A DNA stretch of 57,913 bases, the filler included, from Dimargaris cristalligena (lineage: Eukaryota), in the NCBI GenBank assembly GCA_003614675.1. It is 3 parts of 3 records of this genome, joined end to end, with 100 filler letters (N's around TTAATTAATTAA, not from the genome) between each part and the next. Parts side by side here need not be neighbours in the genome. Positions count along the whole stretch, not along the records: positions 1 to 19,259 come from ML002732.1; positions 19,360 to 38,593 come from ML002733.1; 1 more part is not named here. One strand, 5' to 3'. The translations under genes were made by a program, and so were the position numbers. Below, piece by piece: positions 13,447 to 25,809 of this stretch (position 1 is the stretch's first letter; the number at the start of each line of letters is the position of its first letter). Below the pieces are notes generated by a model. That model saw only the letters and a list, made by a program, of their open reading frames with translations, had not been told where the DNA came from and did no database searches.

Positions 13447-14013
13447 ATGAAGGTCAACGTGATCGTGTTTACTGTCGCTCTTGCCGCCATGGTGGCAACT
13501 CCAGTACTCACAGCCCCACTAGATAAGCTGCTCGACAATGTCATTTGCGTAAACGCAAAGCTTCTTAACGACCATCCTTCCGACTTCAATCCCTGTGCCG
13601 GGTCCGGCAATACACGCCCCGATAACGGCAACGGTAATGGTGGCAACGGCAATGGCAACGGTGGTGGCAATGGCAATGGCGGAGGTAACGGCAACGGTGG
13701 TGGAGACGGTAACGGGGGTGGCAACGGTAATGGTGGCGGTAACGACAACGGTGGCGGCAATGGTGGCAGCGGCAACGGTGGTGGAGACGGTAACGGGGGT
13801 GGCAACGGTAATGGTGGTGGTAACGACAACGGCGGCGGCAATGGTGGTAACGGTAACGGAAATGGCGGTGGCGGTGGCAATGGAAACGGCAATGGCGGTA
13901 ACGGTGGTGGCAAGGGCGGTGGTCGCAATAACAACGGCGGCAAAGGCAAGGGTGGTAAAGGCAACGGCGGAAAGGAAGGACGGCCCCATGGCGACCAAGC
14001 TGTCGACTATTAG
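13447..14013 (+). CDS. Secreted Gly/Asn-rich low-complexity protein (188 aa)
   Basis: Signal-peptide-like N-terminus MKVNVIVFTVALAAMVATPVLTA, a short domain with two Cys, a long (GGN/GNG)n tract and a basic GK-rich tail. Confidence 0.85.
   Translation: MKVNVIVFTVALAAMVATPVLTAPLDKLLDNVICVNAKLLNDHPSDFNPCAGSGNTRPDNGNGNGGNGNGNGGGNGNGGGNGNGGGDGNGGGNGNGGGNDNGGGNGGSGNGGGDGNGGGNGNGGGNDNGGGNGGNGNGNGGGGGNGNGNGGNGGGKGGGRNNNGGKGKGGKGNGGKEGRPHGDQAVDY
13621..13970 (+). repeat. Coding GGC/GGT/AAC triplet repeat tract with an internal ~80-bp duplication
   Basis: GGCAACGGTGGTGGAGACGGTAACGGGGGTGGCAACGGTAATGGTGG occurs at about 13690 and again at about 13771. Confidence 0.85.
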
Positions 14014-14684
14014 AGCATCTATCCGCCCCAGTCGGGCGGTCTTGTCTTGGAGACCCACATCTCAAGTATTTTCTTATCTATCACCCTGTTTTCGTACCTA
14101 GGATATTAATTTAATAAAATCAGGGCAATATTAAACCACTAATCTTGGCCTATTAAAAATAACTCGCATGCGAACCGGAGACTGAGGGACAATCGAGAAG
14201 CGATGGCCCATTGACACTACAGGAGAAGTGGTCATTATGATACGACGTTTTACTACAGTCAATTGACCAGGATAGTGCGTGAAGGGGTTCCCAAGTCCAG
14301 CGTGTAAGAGCCAACTAAGCAAATAAGCTCAGTGTCTCTTTTCCCCGAATGGGCGACCAGTTCGTATAGACTATGCTTTCCTTACCGTGTTCGCCTTGAC
14401 CAGTAACCTCGGGTTTATTATTATTATTCTCAGTCTACCAACTCGTCTCACAAGCAACCCGTTCTCTTCTACCCATCTCTCTAATTGCCCACCTTTTGTT
14501 TTTTGCCCCATTGCCTCGGCGATTCGGACTTTTCCCGCCTTCAACTCTGTCCGTCTAGCCTGCCTTTCCCCCATCTCCTTTCATACCAGCTTGGCATGTC
14601 TTTGCGTGGACATGGCCAACCCCCCCCTCTAGCTTTACCCAGTCCTTGGGCCCCGCTTACCGACCCAACGCCCCACCACGCGCA

Positions 14685-17600
14685 ATGGGGGACGCCAGGG
14701 CGGCATCTCCCACAAGGACCACAGCCTCACAGCCCTCTGACCCGATCTGGCCCTCGTCCGAGGTACTGGAGTGGCTCCGCATCAACGACTTTGACGAATA
14801 TGTTCCGCTTTTTCAAGGTAAATGGCCTTCACTAAACCTGTAGCTCTATGCTACCAGGCCCGGTCTTTCCACTGTGTCATTTGTATTCGGTGAAAACCCC
14901 CCGTTTCGTCAATTTAACCGGGCCTTTATTCACCTACCATTCCACTTACTTCCCCGGGCGTGTTTTGGCGTTAGGCAACCATATCCACGGCCTCGCCTTC
15001 ACTCAATTAACCCACGAAAAATTGCGGCAGATTGGTATCCCAACCGTACGGGACCGCGCGCGACTCCTAAACGCTTCCCGAAAGACTCTCAGTCGACCGG
15101 AAGCCACCGCGCGATCCGGTCGTCGACCTATCCCTCACACCGTTACCGAGTTAGGCGTCCGGATACCGGAGCGGGGCGCCATACCCGTTTTTATAGAGGC
15201 CGGGTACCATTCGGATAGCTCCTACAATCATAGCAACACCAGCAGCACCCAGTCGCCCAATCCTTTAGGATCCACTTCGGGCAACGCCCTCCCTCCTCCG
15301 ACCCCCCCATTATTGACATCTCCCAAGTCCCGTCAGCCTGCATCGTCGGCCCCGATATCCCCCCTATCTATGGAATCCCCCCGGTCGCCATTGAACAATC
15401 GGTCACCGCGGGTTGGCCCCGAGGCGTCGCCAAACCCATCCCCCGGTACCGAGTCACCCGTTGGTGCCCCGTGGGCCACTGGTGGCCTCTTTGCACACGA
15501 TATGCCCGGTCGAAGCCAAACGGGAAACCCCGTTGCGCCCCCGTCGGGGTGGCCGCCTCCACCCCACGGCCCCCGATCGGCACCTATTCCCCATCCCGAC
15601 CCCCAGTGGCGCCCCCGCCAGCGGGAGTCGATGCTTCCGCTCCCGTCCACCCCTCTCCGCCTGCATAGCCAATTCACCAAAGGGGGCTCCCGGGCTCAGT
15701 ACGGTGGTCCACCAACTCGACTGGCCTCTCGGCGGGTCGGGGAATTAAATCACATTGATATTGGCCAGCAAAGCCGTCCCGTATCCACTTTTAGCTCGTC
15801 GGAACTCCCCGACCGGCTCCCACCTGGCCCGGCCCACTCTCTGTCCAGCGACCATTTGCCTCTGAACCCATCGCCCAAACCCCTTTCGGCCGGAATAGTC
15901 GCCCCGGCCAGGCGCAACGGGGTAGCACCCCCGGCCCCCGGGTCACGAACCAAACTATCCGACGACCAGTTGATCGCCGGTAACATGCCCATGCCCTCGA
16001 TCCTCGATGAATTCGCAATCTATCCCCGCAGTAGCTCACTTAATTACGTTCATACCCACGACCCCGCCGACGGGGCCTATAGCGTGGTGGTCCCTCCACG
16101 AGAGTCGTCAGCCGCACGGACCAAGCCCGGGCCAGCCACCGGCTCGAGTCCCCGGTTGGTCCCCGGGGAACCCCCGCTGCCCCATACCCCATCCGCCCGC
16201 AATCTAACCGTGTCGACCCGCCTTCGCCCAACCGGGCTAGCCTCCAATAGCTCCGGCACATCGCTGACTCTAGCCCCGTGTTCCCATTCCCCGTACTACA
16301 ATACCTGGGCTGGACGAAGTGGAAGTCCCGTCCTCCCCCCGACGGGGAAGCCGCCCATCGGAAATAGTCAAAGTGGAACCGGTAGTGGTAGTGGTGGTGG
16401 AGGTGGAGGTGGTGGATTTTTTAGTACTTTATTTAAACCCTTTTCTACCAATAGCCGCCGTAAGAGCCTGTATGGGGTCACTGGGGGTCGGGAGGGGGGG
16501 TCGGAATCCAAAGGGTCTCCGTCCCAAACTTTTCTGGACCCTGGCGCCGCTCCCTTGCCGACATCGCCTGCGCTTTCGGCCCATCAGCCCGGCCGGCCAC
16601 TGATTTTCTCAGTCCAGGTCAAGCTTGAATCGGACGAACGGTACGCGATTATCGAAATATCCTCAGCCACCAATGGGGCGGTTATCCGGGAACGGCTCTG
16701 CCAGGCCTTAGCCGTCGACCCCAATGCCGAGAATTACACCATTTGGACGGTTCCCCCGCTCCCCGCCGACCAGCGGGGCACCGATCCTATTGGCGAGGGT
16801 CCCCTTAGTGACGACGAGATTTGGAATATCAGCCAACAGGCCAATTCCATAGATGCCCCCAACGTGCGTTTCGTATTATCGCTAACCCGTACCCCCAGCC
16901 ATGCCTTCCCCACTTCACTCGTACCCCCTAACATCGGCAAACAAGCCAATATGGTGAGCCGGACTTACGGACGCAGCAGTCCACTGTGTCGGAGTCCCCT
17001 GGAGGCTGATGACCCCCGATTGGGCGGGGCCACGGCCACTCGAGTCGCCGATCTACCCCCGTACCCGGACGATATCTTTTCCTCCTTCAAAGTCCCTCGG
17101 GGCCGACCTCCATATAGTCCTGGTGCCTCCGACCCCAACCGTCTGTCCGATTGTGGAAGCGACACGAGCGATACGGGAGCGGTTGTTTCCTTCGAGCGAT
17201 CCAGTCGGTGGGACTACCTAGCGGGACTAGCCCGCGGCGACGACCCTATTTCGCTGAGTGAATTGTCGATGCAGGAGCTTCAGCGCCTGGGCGCCCACGC
17301 CCACGAGCACATTCCGCCTGATCTAGCCCGACCCCCTTCCTACGCGTTCCGCTCCTCCCACTCATCGATATCTTCCATTAGTCCCGGTAGCCGATCCCCG
17401 CCTGCGGGACACCACCCTCGGCCCCAACGGCTCTCGACAAGCTCCGTATCCTCGGTGCAGTCGGCCCGCGAGGTGGCGATTGTGGCGGCCGCCACTAGCA
17501 CCCCCTCCCTCGCCAGCGAAGGCAAAAAACCCGCCACCGGATCGAAGCCCAGTCGGCGCTTGGGAGGGTTCCTAACCATCGACACCAAGGCCGCCCTAAG

Positions 17601-19259
17601 TAAAGAGGTTAACCGGGCCATGGGTTCTCAGCGGTATTCGGGCTCGCTGGCCTCCCCGCACAACGCCTTCCTCAGCCAATCGACCTCCCACCCTAGCTCT
17701 CCAGCTACCCGCACCAGCAGCAACCATCTGTCCCCAGGAAACCGGGCGGACGACTCAACGCCACTTGCCTCGCGCGAGTCCCCCATGAGTCCCCAGGCCT
17801 GGAACGTGCTCTTCCCCAGTAACCATGTGATGAATAATGATAGCACGGGCTCAGGAGGGGCCAAAAACGTCTCCTCGGCCACCGAGCTGTGGCACACCCC
17901 CATGCAGCGCCCGGCGGCGGACAATACCACCCCGGGGGCCTCACCGGCGCTGGCTCCTCTCACCGCTTCGTCCAGCCACGCCACTCCGTTGGATAAATCC
18001 ACGGAACTGTGGTCCAAACCTCCCGTTGCCAGTACCTCGTCCACTACCCCTACAACCAGCAGTGCCACGAGCAAGGCCGCCCTGGACGCCGCTTTTCAAC
18101 TGGCTCGGCAGGGGGCAGCTCGGCAGGACCCACCGCCTTCCGTAAGCAAAGACACTGCCGTCTCGCCCATTGAAGCTACCAAACGAACCTCCATGGCCCA
18201 ACCCCGGCCCTCCATGGAATCAAACTCCTCCAGCTGTTCAGTGTACTACGATGCCTCCGAGGCCCAAGGCCGGGCTGAATTCCCCTTTGAAAAATCTAAT
18301 ATGTGCTCATCTCAGCCAGGAACTCCACCCCTAGGCGCCAGTTCGGTGGGTCGACTCCCGAAACCCCCTGAGGGGCTCTTGCCGCACGCCCTGTCCCCCG
18401 CCCGGCGCCAGCTCGAGCTACGGCATTCCCGGTCTAACTCGGATACCTCCCGACGCTCCTTCATCCGGCTCCACAACCGGACTCCTTCGGATAGCTCGAC
18501 CTCGTCGCGGGCCCGCTCCCGGACCGGAGTACTGCTTACCTCGGAACAGGTTTCCGCGGCTCTGGCCCTTGGGCGTGCCAACAGTCCAGCCAGTGCCAGC
18601 CGCAATAGGGGACCGCCTTCGCAGAGCGACACCCATACGCCGCATTCCCGGGTCTCTAGTATATCCAGTCAATTGACGGTGGACAGTCAGTGGGAGAGTA
18701 GTTCGGTACAATCATGGAACCAACGCCCGTCTACTAAACTCATAATCAATAATCTAGACCTGTTCTTCCCCCACCATGACCTGGATCAACCGATCATTGA
18801 ACCCCTTACGGAGATGGCCGAGCCATTCACCGAGCCTAGTCCCCAGGCCAGTCCAGCAATAGTTCCGATTACTATTGGCCTAGGTCTTCAGATGTTCCCG
18901 GAGACAACTTCCCCGATCCCAGTCTCAGTGCCACTCGCTCTAGAAAGCGATGCTTATCCCAGAACAGCCCCGGCGTCGCCCCCGAATCACGCCGGTAGCT
19001 TCGAATCCCCTATCCGCACCCTCCGGGATTCAGCGGTACCCCTTCCGCGGCTGGACGGCGACATACTGACGAGCCGGAAACGGAGTGTGCGGTTCGTGGT
19101 TCAGCAGGCCCAGCGGCGGCGGACGCTTTTGGAACAGCAGCTTATCTTCCGAAGCAATAGTGTTCGGAGTCAGGCCGGGCCCTATCCCGAGCTTGGCGCG
19201 GGCCCCCTGTCCGCTTCGCTTACATCCATCCTAAGCGGCACCGAGGCGACCCCGGGGGC
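14685..19259 (+). CDS. Bck1/Mkh1-like MAP kinase kinase kinase, N-terminal regulatory part (kinase domain lost at contig end); exons 14685-14817 and 14975->19259
   Basis: A GT-AG intron at 14818-14974 rebuilds a SAM domain (W..SEVLEWLRINDFDEYVPLFQ|GNHIHGLAFTQLTHEKLRQIGIPTVRDRARLL). Further in are a ubiquitin/RA-like segment (VQVKLESDERYAIIEISSATNGAVIRERLCQAL) and the motif RPSTKLIINNLDLFFPHHDLDQPII, typical of the region before the kinase domain in fungal Bck1-type kinases. Start codon uncertain. Confidence 0.72.
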
Positions 19260-19359
19260 NNNNNNNNNNNNNNNNNNNNNNNNNNNNNNNNNNNNNNNNN
19301 NNNTTAATTAATTAANNNNNNNNNNNNNNNNNNNNNNNNNNNNNNNNNNNNNNNNNNNN
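19260..19359. other. Artificial contig spacer
   Basis: 44 N + TTAATTAATTAA (stops in all six frames) + 44 N. Confidence 0.99.
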
Positions 19360-19450
19360 GCCGAATACAAACTAACCATAGATTCACATGCCCTGGCTGA
19401 ACCGATCCGAATGGATAGCCGACCGCTTCCCGCCCTGCCCTAACAATTAG

Positions 19451-22400
19451 CCCCGGGATTGCTCTCTGCCAGTCCCGCTGGGCCATTTAATGACCGCCCA
19501 ACCGGCAACACGCCCGATCCGAAGTCGGGATCGGCTCTCCGACTTCTAATCCAGCTTACCCAGCCGCCACTTCTGTTCCGTAAAAACGAGGCCCAGGCCG
19601 AGCGGGACCATCGTCGGTGGCACCGCATGGACATATGGGAGCGTGTTACGGGGGTTGCGCTTGATTCGACCCAAGAGCCGGGACCACTAGAGCCTGTCAC
19701 TGCCGGTTTGGAACGAAGTGGTACCAACTTTGGGCACTGGCTGGTCTACCATTTGGTGGCGGTTACATGCGAGCCAATGAAGATGCCCACCGCTACTCCC
19801 CAGCCCTCGTTGGTCACCGACAATGCTCCAAGAATGGCACCACTAGTTGCCCCGGATTCCCGGGAGGCCCTAGAGGAACTATGGCTGAATAATCAGAAGG
19901 CCATCCAGCTACTACGGCAGCCCCACCGATTCATTGGTTGGCAATTCCGGCAGGCCAAACGCTACCCCCGCCTACTTGCCCACAGTCAGCACCGAGCGCT
20001 TCGGCTTGCTGATTTAGGAGCCACCAGACTGCATTTCGAGGTCCATTATATGCTGGAGTCTCTAGTGTCCCATGGTATTTTATCCGAGTATAACTTAACG
20101 ACCGATTTCCTGGATGAGCTCGCCCGGCTGCCGGCGGCCACCGCCTGTCGGGCCCTTCAATTTTTATTTGGCCAGCAGGGCCGTATTTACCAACCCCTTC
20201 GGGAATTACAGACGATTGAGAAAATGATGCCCAGCGATAGCGCCTCCTCCGGGACCGCCGCCGCTAGTTCTTCTTCCGCCCCGTCAGCCTCTACCGAAAA
20301 TGGTTCCCATCGGCAACCCCAGAGCCCTACCACGCCGATATTTGCCTTCATTTCCCCCTCAACCAACCACAGTGTGATGATCCCCAAAGTGATCGTGACC
20401 CCAACCCGGGTGTATCTCTTACCGCCGACCGTGGAGAGCTCCAACCGCGTACTGCGGCACTACGCCCACCTCAAAGATCGGTTCCTTCGCGTCAGTTTCC
20501 GGGATGAGCGATTCAATCGGCTAGATAGCAACCCCGTTCAGCTTAGTAGTATCTATAGTCGGGTTTACCGGGCCCTCCGCCACGGTATACAGCTCTCCGG
20601 ACGGCACTACGAGTTTCTGGCGTTTTCAGCGAGCCAGCTGCGTAACCATAGCTGTTGGTTCTTCGCCCCCGAGCAGGCCTCTCGTGCTGAGAACCACCAT
20701 CCTAATGACCCTTTGACCCACGGTAGCCCAGTGACGGCGTCGGATATCCGCCAATGGATGGGCCACTTCATGGGGATCGCCAATGTCGCCAAGGCGGCGG
20801 CCCGTATGGGGCAGTGTTTCTCTACCACCACGGCGGTGTGCTCCCTTCCCGTGGACAACGTTTACCGCCTGGAGGATGTCTCCCAGGGCAAGTATGTATT
20901 TTCGGACGGAGTGGGCCAAGTCTCGCCGGCGTTGATGGCTTTGGTGGCCCGACAACAGGGGTTTGACCGCCCCCCCAGCGCCATTCAATTCCGGTTCGGC
21001 GGACACAAGGGGGTCTTGGCACTGGCGCCTCCCACACCGAATATGAACGACCAAGTGCACGCCATTGCGCTGCGACCCAGCCAAGAGAAGTTCCCCTGCG
21101 AACATCGCGTGCTCGAAATTGTACAGCCAGCGATTTTCACCCCCTGTACACTAAACCGGCAGTTGATTCTGCTGTTGGCCACACTGGGGGTTCCCGACTC
21201 CACCTTCCTTCGGCTCCAGAATGTGGCCGTGAAGGTGTTCCGGGACCTGCAGCACCACGCGGACGTAGCCATGCAGTTCCTCAAGTGCCAAGGTGGCGAT
21301 GCCCCATTCGTCCGGTGGGCCATACCCGCGATTGATACGGGCTTCTTCCGCCTGTGTGACCCATTCCTCGTATCCAGCCTACAATGCTTCAGCTCGGGGT
21401 GTCTCAAGGCGCTCCAGGAGAGGGCACGCATCCCCATTGACAAAGGGGCTAAACTCATGGGTGTTGTCGACGAGCTCGGTTTGCTGCAGCCCAACGAGAT
21501 CTTCGTGCGGTACTCGGATCCGCAATCCCCCGATAACAAACAGGTTGTAACTGGCCTTTGTGTGATTGGCCGTAACCCCTGCTTCCACCCTGGTGACGTA
21601 CGGGTTGTCAAAGCAGTCGACCACCCCCAGCTGCACTTTCTTACTGATGTAGTGGTATTTTCCCGCCTCGGCGAAAGGGATTTACCCAGTCAACTCTGCG
21701 GTGGAGACCTTGACGGTGACTTTTATTCGGTGATTTGGGATCCTTGCTTGGTGCCCACTAAAGCCTTCATGAACCCTGTCCCGCCTATGGATTACAGCGC
21801 ACCCCCGCCCCCTGCTGAGCCAGGCATGGTCATAGCGAATGGCAACACCGATGCCCGCGTAAAAAACGGGGGCGAATCGGCCAACTTGCCCCCGCCTCCG
21901 ACCGCCGAACAGAACTTGGCCCTGGCCCTACGGGATATGCAGCGGTTCTTCCTCAGCTATATTGTTAGCGATAACCTAGGCCAAATCGCCAATGCCCACC
22001 TGATACGTGCCGACCGGTCCCCCAATTTGGCCAAACACCCCGACTGTATCCGTTTAGCCGAGCTGCACTCGCTGGCGGTGGATTTCCCCAAGTCAGGTGT
22101 GCCCGCCGAAATGCCCAGCTATCTCCGACCCTTCGAGTACCCCGATTTTATGGCTAAACCCGATAAAACGCCCTACCGTTCGATCAGTGTACTCGGTAAA
22201 CTCTTCCGGGCCGTGCGCTGGTCCCCCGACGAGGACTTCATGCAGGTTGATGTATCCCCCCCACCCGCCGCCTCGACACCTGCTACGCCACCGAAAGTCT
22301 CACCGTCGACCACCTTGGTTGCCTCCCCTAAAGCGGAAATAGCAGCTCCACAGCCTCTGGTAGAGCTAACGGTACAGGTCGCACAGGTGGGTGATTTACC

Positions 22401-23616
22401 ACCCCCGTCTAGTTCACCGATTTCTAGCTCGTGTCAGACTTTACCACCGCCTTCAGTGTCGACAACGCCCCCATCCACATCAGCATCGACAGCAATGCCT
22501 ACCGACGATTCCCGCAAAACTGCTCATAAAAAGCGTCCGCTATTGAGCACCCAGGTCAACACGCTCCTGCAAGAACTGGTTGGCCCCGATTTTGTCCATT
22601 ATGTAGTAAACGCCCGGCAAATCCGGAAATACTACAACCAAACCCTGGCTACTATGCTGCGCCAGTACGGGATCCGCACCGAACAGGAATTGGTCGGAGT
22701 GATGCCCCTCCAATACTCCCATCTGGTCCTACAAAAGTCGCACGAATTCAAGGAAACCTTGAAGGGGGTGGTTAAACAGTTTCAGGCCGAATTTGAGGAG
22801 CTGTTTTTCGCGGAGTTTGGGTCGGATTCCCGGATGTTGTTCCGGCGATTTAACAAGTTGCCCTGGACAACGGCCTGTTTACTTTCACGCGATGTGCCGG
22901 TAGACCTTTTCACCGATGCCTCAACCAAAGCCCATAGTGATAGTGGATCAGTCGAAGCCGACAAGGCCAAAGCTGACGAGCCTCAGGCGGTAGCATCCAG
23001 CAGTGATGCATCTGCCGAACCATCGACGAACCCCTTACCACAACCGCTGTCCACCCGTAAAACGCTGGATACCATTACGCTTGCCCGGATCCGAGCTAAG
23101 GCCATGGCCTGGTACTATGTAACGTACCACCCCCTAGAGCGCTATGGCTCAAAATGTACCAAACACGACCACTTAGCCCGGGCTCTCCAACAGGCCGGGA
23201 TTAGGCTGCCCCCGAAACCGGACCAAGCCGAGCATAAACACTTTATATCATTTCCCTGGTGTGTCCCCGACGTACTGACTTATACGCTTAAATGGCGTCT
23301 GGCCATGAAACCGGGTCGGCGGGAGTCGGCTAACTTGCCTGCACCACATCCAACGGTCCCAGCAGGATTGGAGGGCGCTTCGATCACCACGGATGTTTCA
23401 GTTCAGCCGACCACTACTAATACCACTACACCCGAGTCCCTCGCTCTCAAAAATGAAGCTGCTCAGTATGCGGAGGTTGGAATTAAGCAGCCGTTAGAGC
23501 CGGTTAATATGGCCGCTCCTCAGCTTAACAAGATTGGAACAGATACTATACCCGCCATTGGTGGTGATTTTGATGATGGGCTTGGGGCCCTGTTAGCATT
23601 GGTGAATGATTTGTAG
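19451..23616 (+). CDS. Cellular RNA-dependent RNA polymerase of the RNA-silencing (RDR/SAD-1/QDE-1) family, 5'-truncated
   Basis: Motifs SNRVLRHY, FLRVSFRDE, FLAFSASQLR, ARMGQCFS, FSDGVG, SAIQFRFGGHKG, RNPCFHPGD, catalytic GGDLDGD and AVDFPKSG. The frame is open from 19444; a likely CTAAC..TTAG acceptor ends at 19450. Confidence 0.96.
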
Positions 23617-24249
23617 TCAGTGGTTAAGTAATAATTAGCCATGATGACAAGCCATTTACCTGAACTCAAATATACCTATATATTTGTTATCATTTACCTA
23701 AGTTTCAATATACCCTAATATATGTTTGTGTTTAAAGCCACCCTGGCCCATCTGTAACCGTACATTGGTTATACGTTGGTACGTTTGTGCCAATAAGTTT
23801 TACTCCTAACTTGGAGTAGAGTGGGTCAAAATGGTGCCCAAACTAATTGAACTGACACATGTTTGCATGCCTTTTCCGTGTGGACTATAAAAACGATAGA
23901 TTTTCAATGGTGTCTGGATTGGGGGTTACTCCACCTTGTTAAGCAACCCCCACGGCATATTACTGTTTTGTGGCCTAATACAGGCTGCACCCATTTGGCA
24001 CTCCAAAATAGCCCAAAAGTGAGAGGGTACTAAAATGAGTGGGAGGGGATTTAAACCAAAATACACTAGCTAGTGAGTGGGAAATAACCCGTCGTTTATG
24101 TTTACATTTAATGGGCGCCCAAGGGAAGGCTTAGTCGTCCCACCTTGGTTGCAATTTTGTTTTCATTCCATAGCCCACAGCTATACCGGCATTGTTGGTA
24201 TTGGTACTTTATAGATTATATTTTTACGTTTCCTTATTATACTTTGACT

Positions 24250-24713
24250 ATGAATGAGACTGGCCACCAGAGGAAAGAGCAACTTTACTTGGAGCTCGCA
24301 CATTCCCTACATACGCTCAACGGCAATTTGGAAACCCTGCGCAACAACTTTGAGGTGACCAAGCAGCAAACGACAGCCATTCAAAAGCTAACTCTAAGCC
24401 ACGCCTCATTGTAAGTTGGTATCCCCGAAGCAGCTAGGAGGGGCACTTATAGCTGAACTTTAGATAGTTGGTGATAAATAGTGAGCTGTTTTATACAAGG
24501 GGACCTATAAAAGCTATTGTTTCCGCGAGCCTGTCCCTAACCCCGCTGTCTCTATCTACTCATTTATGGCTCGTTCCTTGGCGACTCCCCCTATTTAAAT
24601 CCCTCATGTTGGTTTTATTATATATATGTAGATTTATCGGTAGTTCGATGGCCATGAAGAACGAGGCCTCGGGAAACTCTGAATCCCCATTAGACGAAGA
24701 TACACATCCATAA
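24250..24713 (+). CDS. HSK3: DASH/Dam1 kinetochore complex subunit Hsk3-like; exons 24250-24410 and 24632-24713
   Basis: The spliced 80-aa product ...LYLELAHSLHTLNGNLETLRNNFEVTKQQTTAIQKLTLSHASL|FIGSS... fits the Hsk3 pattern (LxxLxxNLxx...TxxQ...L...HA.LF). Canonical GTAAGT...TAG intron in phase. Confidence 0.65.
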
Positions 24714-25809
24714 TGTCGGGGAAGATGTCGGATTATGATTGCATGATTTCATAGTTTGGCGGAGTTTTACCCAGATATGCGGCTTTCTATAAGGCATCCG
24801 CACTTGAAGATATATTAATAAAACCAGCCAAAGCGCTTTTTAATCTAAGCAGAGATGTAGTATGGCAAATGAGGTTTTAAGGTTAGGAGGATGAATCAAA
24901 GAAAATCCAGATGAAGTCTACTGGTGTTGGTTCGTTTCAAGTGGTGTGCCAACCTCCCCCCCACCCTTCAACCTTCCCAATGATTAGAAAAAAGGGAAGG
25001 TGAATAAGGAGGGGCTCGGACAACTGTGATCGACACGGAAAGAGGCAGTGTGTGGCGAGGGGTGGGCTAATTGTGACTAGACTGTACTAGTGGGAATTCA
25101 AGCTACACTTGTCCCCCCCTCCCTCCCTTTCTCTTCACTTTGAAACATTTTAAAACAACAGTGTAGAAGAATGGTCAATGTGAGTGGAGGGGTGGACTAA
25201 GACCCCCCAGTCGAGAAGGAAGCCTAGAAGAATAAAGGTGAGATTTCCCTTCAGTATTGTGATTTCCGGATATCCAGTATTCAAGAACGAGAACAGTGGG
25301 ATTAAATTGTACGGAAGAGGTGGAGGTTAGGTTGGGTGGTTTCAGCTTGTCCAATAGCTATCATCCCACAAGCAACTAAAGTGTCAATATAACTGTGGTT
25401 AGTAGGTATATAATAAAGGCCCACCCACTCCCTCCATTTTCGTTACTTACCTTCCGGGGACCGACGATGATCAACAAGGTCATCGGTTCAGGCTGGGACC
25501 TGGGCATTGCACAACGCCTGGGGCCCGGTTTGCGAACATCTTCGGGTGTCTCGACCGGCAAATTTTTGGTAGCGGGGTGGTTTCGGATTCTCTTGTAGTT
25601 TCTGAAGTCACCCTTTACCTCCCCCTTCCCTAAACAAAACATGTAAAACAAATTTAGTATCACTTTTTTATCCCAACAGTAACATTTGGGATATATTTAA
25701 TAAAAATTTCTATCCCTTTCTTTAAGAGAGCAACTTGACTAAAACATCATTTCATCAGCATTGGTCCACTATTTTTTTACAGAGTTTCCTTCGTTGTGTG
25801 TAAGCCCGT

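Noticed and set aside
13344-14101. Poly-Pro, His/Arg/Cys-rich and Val/Thr-rich overlapping ORFs
   Set aside because: Alternative frames of the GGN repeat. Only 13447-14013 has an ATG plus a signal peptide.
19304-19315. TTAATTAATTAA palindrome in the N runs (also 38638-38649)
   Set aside because: Synthetic six-frame stop linker, not biological.
19451-23616. RdRP as an endogenous viral element, or as linked to the CpG-free tract
   Set aside because: It has the cellular DLDGD double-psi-barrel motifs rather than viral GDD, and it lies on a different contig from the tract.
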